NCBI GenBank assembly: GCA_964016885.1
Contig: OZ024755.1
Span: forward strand, 40,548,001 to 40,612,000
DNA length: 64,000 nucleotides
Reading direction: 5' to 3'
Origin: Eledone cirrhosa
Taxonomy: Eukaryota
The notes below the pieces were generated by a model. The model worked only from the letters and a program-made list of their open reading frames with translations. It did not search any database and was not told the DNA's origin. A program made the translations under genes and the position numbers. Shown here one piece after another: positions 43,779 to 54,738 of this stretch; within the stretch, counting starts at the first letter, position 1, and every line of letters starts with the position of its first letter.

Positions 43779-44325
43779 TTGCCTCTCAAATGTTGGTGTC
43801 ATAATGGAACACACTCAGTACTATCAAACACGCACACACGCACATACAAAGGCACGCACCCATGCACATACACACACACATACACTCACACATGTACACA
43901 CACGTACACATACACGCACAAATACACATACATACACTCATACGTACACAGACATTGTGAACGGTGACAAGCAAGTACATTGTTAGAGAATCATTTCAAC
44001 CATTTCAAAATCACACAAAAACCGTTAACCTTTCATTACATTTATCATTATTTCATGGTGTCAGAACTTCCCTCGTAAACTGTGCCATGAAAGTTTTGGC
44101 TACAAGGATATTTTAAAACATTTTCAAACTTTTACAATGACTATAGAATTTCTAATGATAATATATGAAGAGGAAATGAACTGAATTGTCGGCCGTTAAT
44201 GCGGGGATTGTGGGTTAATCTGCCTTTCTAAATAGTCATTAATGATCTAAGTTAAATGAAAGAGAATTAAATTTGGTTTAACGCTAGCTTGCTTATCTCC
44301 TATTACTACACACCTAACCTAGCCA

Positions 44326-44962
44326 ATACACACACATACACACACACGTATACATACATAAACACGCAAACACATACACACACATAAATACATACACAAA
44401 CACACACTCACACACGAAAATAAACACGCACATATACAGACAAATACATACATACATACACACATATACATACACAAACACACACAGACATATACATACA
44501 CAAACACACACACACACAGGCACATATACAGACAAATACATACACACAAGCACACACAAACACACACACGCACACACATATATACACAAACATACACACA
44601 ACGCACGCACAACACCTATACACAACACATACACACATATACATACAAACAAACACACACACAGCACACCTCTCACGCCCGCACACACACACATACATAC
44701 ACACACATACACACACACACTGACACACATACACACACACCTCACACACACATACACACACACATACACACACACGCACACATACACACAGACACACACA
44801 CCCACATATACACACACACATCTCACACACACAGACACACACATTCACATACACATACTCAAACACACAGACACACATACACAGACACACATACACACAC
44901 ATACATACACACACAAACACCCACATACGCACACACACACATACGCACACACACATACACAA
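44326..44962. repeat. Degenerate (CA)n
   Basis: Direct. Confidence 0.93.
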
Positions 44963-45093
44963 CTAACAAATGCATTCCTCGTCATTGAACGATTTCAATT
45001 AATTCCAGTTATTGAAGTCATCCAGTTATCTCCCCCTGCCAATATTTATGGGATTACAAAACCTTTTCTGATCTTTAATTTATATATTTATTT

Positions 45094-45240
45094 AACTACT
45101 ACCACTACTACTACTACTACTACTACTGCTACCACTACTACTACTACCACTACTACTACTACCACTACTACTACTACTACTACCACTACTACTACTACCA
45201 CTACTACTACTACTGCTACCACTACTACTACTACTACTGA

Positions 45241-45294
<54 letters not shown>

Positions 45295-45356
45295 CACTAC
45301 TACGGCTGCTGCTCCTGCTACTACTACTACTACTGCTGCTACTACTACTACTACTG

Positions 45357-45399
<43 letters not shown>

Positions 45400-45485
45400 C
45401 ACTACTACGGCTGCTGCTCCTGCTACTACTACTACTACTGCTGCTACTACTACTACTACTGCTACCACTACTACTACTACTACTG

Positions 45486-45529
<44 letters not shown>

Positions 45530-45540
45530 GCTACCACTAT

Positions 45541-45573
<33 letters not shown>

Positions 45574-45765
45574 CACTACTACTACTACTACCATTACTAC
45601 TACTACCGCCGCCACCACTACTACTACTACTACTACTATTACTACTACTATTAATACTACTACTACTATCACTATTACTACCACTACTACTACCACCACC
45701 ACCACTACTACTACCACTACTACTACCACTACTACTACTACTACTTCTACTACTACTACCATTAC
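45094..45765. repeat. (CTA)n with CCA/CTG variants
   Basis: Direct. Confidence 0.95.
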
Positions 45766-45774
45766 TCTTCAGTT

Positions 45775-46798
45775 ATAAAACTACACCTCAGTCACAAGAC
45801 AAGGTTCACCTCAGTCATAAAACTACACCTCGGTCATAAAACTACATTTCCGTCTTAAAACTACACCTCAGTCATAAAACTATACCTCAGTCATAAAACT
45901 ACACATCAGTCATAAAACTAGACCTCAGTCATAAAACTACACCTCAGTCATAAAACTACACCATAGTCATAAAACTACACCTCATCATAAAACTACACCT
46001 CGGTCATAAAACTACATTTCCGTCTTAAAACTATACCTCAGTCATAAAACTACACATCAGTCATAAAACTACACCTCAGTCATAAAACTACACCTCAGTC
46101 ATAAAACTAGACCTCAGTCATAAAACTAGACCTCAGTCATAAAACTACACCTCAGTCGTAAACCTACACCTCAGTCATACAACTATACCTCAGTCATAAG
46201 ACAAGGTTCATCTCAGTCATAAAGCTATACCTCAGTCATAAAACAAGCTTCATCTCTGTCATAAAACTACACATAAATCATAAAACTACACCTCAGTCAT
46301 AAAACTACACCTCAGTCATAAAACTATACCTCAGTCATAAAACTACACATCAGTCATAAAACTACACCTCCTCATATGACAAGGTTCACCTCAGTCATAA
46401 AACTACACCTAAATCATAAAACTACACCTCAGTCATAAAACTATACCTCAGTCATAAAACTACACCTCAGTCATAAAACTACACCTCAGTCATAAAACTA
46501 TGCCTCAGTCATAAAACTACACCTCAGTCATAAAACTATACCTCAGTCATAAAACTATACCTCAGTCATAAAACTACACTTCAGTCATAAAACTACACCT
46601 CAGTCATAAAACTATACCTCAGTCATAAAACTATACCTCAGTCATAAAACTACACCTCAGTCATAAAACTATACCTCAGTCATAAAACTACACCTCAGTC
46701 ATAAAACTACACCTCAGTCATAAAAGCACACCTCAGTCATAAAACTACACCTCAGTCATAAGACTATACCTCAGTCATAAGACAAGGTTCACCAGTCA
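45775..46798. repeat. 19-bp minisatellite aaaactacacctcagtcat
   Basis: Direct; occasional agacaaggtt variants. Confidence 0.96.
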
Positions 46799-47137
46799 TT
46801 ACATAAAGTACACAAAGTACTAAAAAATCTCTCAATATTATAACAAAAACTAAGAAAATAGCAGTAAAACTTTACTTTACTCCGGTGTAAAGATGGCGGC
46901 AATAATCAAGCGATCATTAGAATTCTTAAATAAATCATTTAATTAAGTTTGTCTTCTTTTCCTTTTTATTTTTTGTTTTATCTTCAGATTTTTTAGGGTT
47001 TTTTTAATGATATTTTATTGTAACCAATAAATTATATTTTTATTTCAAAAGCGAAAATGTGTTTTAAAAGAGAACAAATTATCATTAAAATGTTCTCGCT
47101 TATTTAATTTAATTGAAAATTAGAAGTCCATTGTCAT

Positions 47138-47595
47138 GTTGTTGTTGTTGTTGTTGTTTCTGTGTTGTTGTTGTTGTCGTTTCTCTGTGTTGTTGTTGTT
47201 GTCGTTTCTCTGTATTGTTGTTGTTGTTGTTGTTTCTGTGTTGTTGTTGTTGTTTCTCTGTGTTGTTGGTGTTGTTGTTGCTGGATTTTTAATTTGTTTA
47301 TAAGCTGTTTAGTTGTGCATGCAAGTGTGTGACGATTCTGGACATGTATGTATATGTATATATATTATATGTGTGTGTGTGTATGTGTGTCTGTGTATGT
47401 GTATGTATGTGTGTGTCTGTATGCCTGTGTGTGTGTGTATGTGTATGTGTGCCTCTGTGTGTGTGTGTGTGTTTGTGTGTATATGTGTGTGTTTGTGTGT
47501 ATGTGTGTGTATGCATATATATATGCATGTATATATATGACTTGGCCGTCTTTCTGTGCGTTTTCCCTTTGTTTTTGTCCTGTGCGCTCCCTATT

Positions 47596-47657
<62 letters not shown>
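47138..47657. repeat. (GTT)n, degenerate (TG)n and (TA)n microsatellites
   Basis: Direct. Confidence 0.9.
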
Positions 47658-47662
<5 letters not shown>

Positions 47663-47742
47663 TAACAGATTAAAGTTTAAGCAAAGAATCGCTGCTTTCA
47701 CCCTTAACGGGATCTTCTGAAACTAACGCGGAAGTGAATATT

Positions 47743-47910
47743 TCAAAAAACGTGGCCACACCATTAGATCTTTCTCTCCCTTATTATGATGCATTTTCCC
47801 CCTGCACATAAATATAGTAAAATGTTTAATAGAAATACTATTAAAGTTTCTTACTCTACAACTCCTAACCTTGCACATAACATCACAGCTTCAAATTTAG
47901 CTAAACTACC
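47743..47910 (+). pseudogene. Penelope-like element ORF fragment (region between RT and GIY-YIG endonuclease)
   Basis: SKNVATP..HFPPAHKYSKMFNRNTIKVSYSTTPNLAHNI resembles the recalled PLE motif SKNV.T.IG..HFP..H...KIFNRNT(V/I)KVSYSCMPN. Frameshifted. Confidence 0.8.
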
Positions 47911-48002
47911 TAGCCGTAGTTTTATTATAGAAATGACTTCTACAAGACTAGAACTGTTTCACCTAAATATATATATCATTGTACATTGTCGATTGCTTTG
48001 TT

Positions 48003-48215
48003 GGTTTGGCAGTATCGGTAGAACGTCAGACACCATGCTTTTCAGCATAGAGTCATGGCCCTTTACGTTCTAAGTTCAAATCCCACAGAGGTTATCTTTG
48101 CCTCTCATCCTTGCGAGGTCGATAAAATAAAGTACCAGTCACACACTGGGGTTGATTTAATCGACATTCCCCTCCCATAAAATTGCTGCCCTTGTGCCCA
48201 TATAAGGAACCATTA
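48003..48215 (+). mobile_element. Family 1 SINE, older or longer variant
   Basis: Same head and core, with an extra ggttgatttaatcgacattcccctccc segment. Confidence 0.85.
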
Positions 48216-48227
48216 TTATTATTATCA

Positions 48228-48404
48228 TTGACAGTATCAGTAGAGGGTCGGACACCATGCTTTGACGCATAGAGTTACGGCCCTTGCCATTCTGAGTGCT
48301 AATCCCGCCGAGGTTAACTTTGCATTTCATCCTTACAGGGTCGATAAAATAAAGTACCAGTAAAGCACTGGGTAATTGCTGGCCTTGTGCCAAATGCAGA
48401 AACA

Positions 48405-48437
<33 letters not shown>

Positions 48438-48455
48438 GTTGTTGTTGTTGTTGTT
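48228..48455 (+). mobile_element. Family 1 SINE in tandem with the previous copy, with (ATT)n/(GTT)n tail
   Basis: Match to 1661-1848. Confidence 0.88.
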
Positions 48456-48687
48456 CAAGTAAAGAAACGTAGGTTGATCAATTAATCAACGGACTATAAT
48501 TGTAAACAGATGTAAAGCACTCTACGACGTGTGTTCCTTAAAGTTTTATCAATAAGGTATCAAACAAAGTGTCAATATTATAAAGAGAAACAGTTTTAAA
48601 TGAACATCCTCTATTTATTGTATAATCCTGTGATACGTATTTCAAAGTCATCAAAGAGATTGCAAAATAACACGTTGATGTGTTATA

Positions 48688-48789
48688 ATCAGACAGGTGT
48701 TATGTTGTAATGTTGTATTTGATGTGCTACCACAACGTTCTACAGTAGCATATCAAATACAAAACAATACAACGTTACACCTGTCTGAT
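48688..48789. repeat. ~100-nt imperfect hairpin
   Basis: atcagacaggtgt..gtatttgatgtgctac / gtagcatatcaaatac..acacctgtctgat. Confidence 0.85.
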
Positions 48790-49105
48790 GATGAAATATA
48801 TATATATATATATATATATTTGTAGTAGGGTTGCTTGGATGCATCCATAGGCGGTATGCCGGTTGAGCACTCTATGTTTAAATTAGAATTTTATTTCTCG
48901 TCTATCAGGACTGTATACCTCTGCCAGTCTGTTGAACGGTTGAAAATATATAGTATTTTCTTAAGTACATATCGGCTGAATACCCTCATTTGCATACGGA
49001 GCAAGTTACGGCAGGCCTTGCCGAATATTAAAAATAAAATTAGAATTTTATTTCTCGCCCTAGCACAGCTGATACATAAATGTAATTATGCACACACACA
49101 CAGAG

Positions 49106-49187
<82 letters not shown>

Positions 49188-49193
<6 letters not shown>

Positions 49194-49420
49194 CGTAAAA
49201 TAAGAAAATTTAAAAAAAAAATTTTTTTTTTAATTAACTTACTTAAATTTTCACTCCAACTAATTAGTTTCTGCAATGGGATAAAGACAGTTACGTAATG
49301 AACTGTTGAGAATTTCATTGCGTCATCAGGGAGGTCATTCTCAGCCAAGTCTCCAGGCAATGCGCGGACACTGGGGACTCATATAAAAATAATAATAATT
49401 CGGTAAATGGAACAGCTATC
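49188..49420 (-). mobile_element. Family B hammerhead-bearing element between two (TA)n tracts
   Basis: Homolog of 2590-2792. Confidence 0.75.
49254..49333 (-). ncRNA. Complete type I hammerhead ribozyme with extended stem II
   Basis: Minus strand reads ctcc CTGATGA c gcaatg..acagtt-cattacgt-aactgt..cattgc a GAAAC taatta GTT ggag. Confidence 0.85.
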
Positions 49421-49434
49421 GAGTACTGAATTCC

Positions 49435-49489
<55 letters not shown>

Positions 49490-49648
49490 CATATTTACGT
49501 ATGGGTTATATCGAACATTAATAATAATGTAAACAAACGGTTTTAAGCTGTGCCATGCCGGTGACCGATCGTCACCTGTTTGTTCAACACTGGCTTTGAG
49601 GAACAATCAACATGTTTCTGGGACATTACCATTCTTCAGGACTGTATA

Positions 49649-50651
49649 CCTATTGTAAACCAGATATACACAGGGATACAGTGTACCTATTGTAAACCAG
49701 GTACACAGGGATACAATGTACCTATTGTAAACCAGGTACACAGGGATACAGTGTACCTATTGTAAACCAGGTACACAGGGATACAGTGTACCTATTGTAA
49801 ACCAGGTACACAGGGATACAGTGTACCTATTGTAAACCAGGTATACAGGGATACAGTGTACCTATTGTAAACCAGGTACACAAGGATACAGTGTACCTAT
49901 TGTAAACCAGGTACACAGGGATACAGTGTACCTATTGTAAACCAGGTATACAGGGATACAGTGTACCTATTGTAAACCAGGTACACAGGGATACAGTGTA
50001 CCTATTGTAAACCAGGTACACAGGGATACAGTGTACCTATTGTAAACCAGGTATACAGGGATACAGTGTACCTATTGTAAACCAGGTACACAGGGATACA
50101 GTGTACCTATTGTAAACCAGGTACACAGGGATACAGTGTACCTATTGTAAACCAGGTACACAGGGATACAGTGTACCTATTGTAAACCAGGTATACAGGG
50201 ATACAGTGTACCTATTGTAAACCAGGTACACAGGGATACAGTGTACCTATTGTAAACCAGGTACACAGGGATACAGTGTACCTATTGTAAACCAGGTACA
50301 CAGGGATACAGTGTACCTATTGTAAACCAGGTATACAAGGATACAGTGTACCTATTGTAAACCAGGTACACAGGGATACAGTGTACCTATTGTAAACCAG
50401 GTACACAGGGATACAGTGTACCTATTGTAAACCAGGTACACAGGGATACAGTGTACCTATTGTAAACCAGGTACACAGGGATACAGTGTACCTATTGTAA
50501 ACCAGGTACACAGGGATACAGTGTACCTATTGTAAACCAGGTAAACCAGGTACACATGGATACAGTGTACCTATTGTAAACCAGGTAAACCAGGGATACA
50601 GTGTACCTATTGTAAACCAGGTACACAGGGATACAGTGTACCTATTGTAAA
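49649..50651. repeat. 35-bp minisatellite, ~28 highly homogeneous copies
   Basis: Unit cctattgtaaaccaggtacacagggatacagtgta. Confidence 0.97.
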
Positions 50652-51054
50652 TCAGATTTAAATGCTGGAAACATTTTTCATTTGTCATATCTTCTCCAAA
50701 GAGGTTTACCTACAATTTAAACACCAACAGGATCAGTCTCTGAAGTCTCGCGGGGGAGAGGGTTGTAAAGGTCATATACACCTCCCCTCCTTCAAGTCCA
50801 ATCCTCAAGTCCTTCCTCCCCACGACATCTATTTCATCCTCCCTGTTTCTATCTTCCACAAAGTAAAACAAAACAATTTAAAGAGTACCTCAACAATATC
50901 AATCTCTTCAAACATTCGAGACCGTTATGGAAGTGACTCCCAATCTATATTCCTCCCAATTTAAACCCAGACTTGGTGAAGGAATTATATTATACATATA
51001 ATACAATATCAAAAGGACAAAGTGACAGACATAGCGATACAGGTTTTCAGCTGA

Positions 51055-51417
51055 CGGGGAAGGGTGTTCTGTATGAAAGACTGTAGAGGGTATATGTGAC
51101 TGTTCTTTCTAGCAGTTCAAGAACGTAGATTCCCTGGTTATCAGGAAATGTGGGGGAGTGAGCGTGTTCTGTATGAAAGACAATTGAAGGTATACATAAC
51201 TGCTATTTCTAGCAGATCAAGGATGACGTAGACTCCTTGTTTATCAGGTCAGGAGGGAAGGTGTTCTGTAAAGAAGACTGCGTTTTTAGCAAGTCAAGGA
51301 CTAAGTATACTCCATGGTTATCAGGAAATGTGGGGGAGGGAGGGTATATATGACTGCTATTTCTAGCAGATCAAAGACCACATAGATGGGGAAAGGAGAG
51401 AGTGTTCTGTATGAAAT
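51055..51417. repeat. Diverged ~100-bp tandem repeat, 3-4 partial copies
   Basis: Recurring gtgttctgtatgaaaga, tttctagcag.tcaag and ggttatcaggaaatgtggggga. Confidence 0.75.
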
Positions 51418-51841
51418 GTTAATCTGTATTGTGTTTGACAGCCAAACAAACTAAAGCCTCTTCATGTTTTATTGCCAACGACATCCTTCAAAGTAGACAT
51501 CTACTTAAAACAACTGTTTTTTCTATTGTTTGTTGTTTTCATAAACAATTTCATCTTCTATACTCCACCAATAATGGACTGAAAGCAACATTAAAGTTCT
51601 TATGTCTTCTAGCTTATGTTCAGATTAAATTGACCACTCCATCTTCCAGATAGGTTTTTAACCTATTTTTTCACTCTTGTTTCACTTCTCTCTCTGGTTT
51701 GTTGTTATTTTTCACTGATTTTAAACATTGCTGACTCTTGTTTACCTAAAAAATCTTGTTTCTTGTTTGTTTCAGATATTGACATCCGGGTCAAGCCTAC
51801 TTAGACAGCAATAATTGTTCCTGATTCACAAGTCCAGCAAT

Positions 51842-51945
51842 TGGAAGGGAAGGGGAAAGTCGATTAAATCGACCCGATTGTGTTACTGGTACTTTATTTT
51901 ATCAGGGATAAAAGGCAAAGTTAACCTCAGCGGGATTTAAACTGA
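51842..51945 (-). mobile_element. SINE core fragment
   Basis: gtcgattaaatcgaccc..actggtactttatttt..aaaggcaaagttaacctcagcgggattt. Confidence 0.75.
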
Positions 51946-51954
51946 GACAATGTT

Positions 51955-52570
51955 TAAAGTTGTTACATAATATTTAGTGTTGTTATATAATATTTAGTGT
52001 TGTTCCATGTTTAGTGTTGTTATATAACATTTAGTGTTGTTACATAATGTTTAGTGTTGTTATATAATATTTAGTGTTGTTACATAATGTTTAGTGCTGT
52101 TATATAATGTTTAGTGTTGTTACATAATGTCTAGTCTTGTCGCATAATGTTGAGTGATGTTACATATGTTTGGTGTTGTTATATAATGTTTAGTGTTGTT
52201 ACATAATGTCTAGTCTTGTCGCATAATGTTGAGTGATGTTACATATGTTTAGTGTTGTTATATAATTGTTTCTACTTTAGGCACAAGGCTAGCAATTATC
52301 CAGTGCATTACTGGTACTTTATTTTATCGACCCCGTAAGGATGAAAGGCAAAGTCAACCTCGGCGGGATTTGAACTCAGATCGTAAAGGGACGTAACTAT
52401 GCTGGAAAGCATGGCGTCCGACCCTCCACCGATACTGCCAATCCACCGCCCTTTGTGTTGTTATATAATGTTTAGTGCTGTTGCATAATGTCTAGTCTTG
52501 TCACATAATGTTGAGAGATATATAATATTTACTGTTGTTATATAATGTTTAGTGTTGTTATGTAATGTTT
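51955..52570. repeat. ~20-bp AT-rich minisatellite tttagtgttgtta(t/c)ataatg, interrupted by a SINE
   Basis: Direct. Confidence 0.9.
52268..52451 (-). mobile_element. Full-length family 1 SINE
   Basis: Includes the 5' end ggcggtggattggcagtatcgg. Flanked by gtgttgttatataat on both sides, consistent with a TSD, though the host is repetitive. Confidence 0.92.
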
Positions 52571-53017
52571 AAGCAGAGTCCCACGCTACACTGCCCATAT
52601 TTACCACCCCCGGCAGTTTATATGTCCAATTTATTAGACTACTTTCATAGTAAAAACATACGTTGTTTGAAACTCTTAACTCTTAATTACTTTCTATATA
52701 TGTGTGTGTGTGTGTGTTTAGGTGTGTGTGTAGGTGTGTGTGGGGGGGGGGGTGTAAGACTGTGTAGGTGTATATGTGTGTATGTAGGTGTGTGTCTGTA
52801 TTTGTTATTTGTGAATAAAAATAATGTGTGAATAAAAATAATTTTATAATAATATAATATTATTAATATTCATTCTTTTCTTACTGCGTTACCAAAATCT
52901 CTGATGAGCTATAAATTCCAGAATCAGACTCGATCTACTTTGGAGCCGACCGACGAAGAAACGCACGTCACGGGTGTGTAAAATGTGTACAGGAAACTAA
53001 ATTGATATTTCGTTCCC

Positions 53018-53074
<57 letters not shown>

Positions 53075-53197
53075 CGTAGGTAGTACGGTGAAGTACTCCT
53101 ATGGGTCACCCTTGAGCCAATCCTCTGCGAAACGTGCGTAACAGGTCGATACCCAATAAATATTTTTCATATATAAACTAAACTTCCTCGTTTTTTC

Positions 53198-53244
<47 letters not shown>

Positions 53245-53248
<4 letters not shown>

Positions 53249-53300
53249 CCCCAGCATGGCCTCAGCCGGATGGCTGAAACAGGTAAAAGAGTAAAAGAGT
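53245..53300 (+). mobile_element. SINE 3'-tail fragment inside (TA)n
   Basis: ggtgccccagcatggcctcagccggatggctgaaacaggtaaaagagtaaaagag, with a short tandem tail. Confidence 0.65.
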
Positions 53301-53325
53301 ATATATATATATTATATATATACAT

Positions 53326-53356
<31 letters not shown>

Positions 53357-53385
53357 CATACATATATATATATATATATACATAC

Positions 53386-53457
<72 letters not shown>

Positions 53458-53514
53458 TTAATGAGATTTACACTTGCTTACACTTAACTAACGCTTATTC
53501 TGTCTTCTACACAA

Positions 53515-53594
53515 CATACATGCACACATACACATACATACATACATACATACATACATACATACATACATACATACATACATACATACATACA

Positions 53595-53625
<31 letters not shown>
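53515..53625. repeat. (CATA)n microsatellite
   Basis: Direct. Confidence 0.97.
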
Positions 53626-53626
<1 letters not shown>

Positions 53627-53909
53627 GAGAAAGAGGGGGAGAGAGAGGTTGGGGTGGAAATGGAGAGAGAGAAAAAATAAACAGTTCTTTGTAAACAACT
53701 ATAAATCCCGTTAGTTGACATGACTATAGCAAGTAAAGACGTTCAGCTCATACAATTTCTCTATATTTCTATATTTCTATATTTCTATATTGTCTGTGGA
53801 ATGGTCAAAGAGGAGTAAAATCCTGTTTAGATTTAATCAGATCATTAGTGAGGATCTTATTACAGGATTACGACAATGCAACAACAATACACACATACAT
53901 GTATATATT

Positions 53910-54131
53910 TTCTAGCGATCGACTTTCGTCAAATCGGACCGAGGAAACAATGTTTCCGTTGGTCTTTCCAATTGCTAATACTGTCTATCGGTCGCAACTC
54001 CAGGTAGAAGGAGCAACGTGAAATAAAGTGTCTTGCTCAAGGACATAACGCATCGCCTGGTCCGGGAATCGAACTCACAACTTCACGATTGCGAATCCAA
54101 TTCTCTAACCACTCAGCCACACGCCTTCACA
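53910..54131 (-). mobile_element. tRNA-derived SINE, family 2
   Basis: Minus strand has A-box tggctgagtgg, B-box gagttcgattcc, then gtccttgagcaagacacttt. Confidence 0.85.
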
Positions 54132-54149
54132 TGTATATATATATATATA

Positions 54150-54330
54150 TATAATAGCTTTCACGGTATTTTTGACTAAAGGAATTTTAGCCTGATAATG
54201 GGGTTTAGAACCCTCAGATAAATGGAAAAAGATGAGGTCAATACTCATCTTTTTCCATTTATCTGAGGGTTCTAAACCCCATTATCAGGCTAAAATTCCT
54301 TTAGTCAAAAATACGGTGAAAGCTATTATA
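54150..54330. repeat. Near-perfect ~87-bp-arm palindrome with 7-nt loop, flanked by (TA)n
   Basis: Arms 54150-54236 and 54244-54330; one mismatch seen. Confidence 0.95.
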
Positions 54331-54372
54331 TTTTCTAATTTCAAACCTGCTCACTGTTTCAATACTTACTTG

Positions 54373-54478
<106 letters not shown>

Positions 54479-54632
54479 CGTGTATGACAGCCTGTATATA
54501 CACACAAACACAGACATATATATATATGTGTGTCTCTGCGTGTGTATAAATTTATATATCTCGCTCTCTCCCTCTCTCTCTATCTATCTATATGTATATA
54601 TATATATATATAATACACAGACACACGCACAA

Positions 54633-54675
<43 letters not shown>

Positions 54676-54679
54676 GTAT

Positions 54680-54738
<59 letters not shown>

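Noticed and set aside
49540-49765. Exon whose CAG|GTA donor was amplified in the 35-bp array
   Set aside because: No recognisable peptide or good acceptor.
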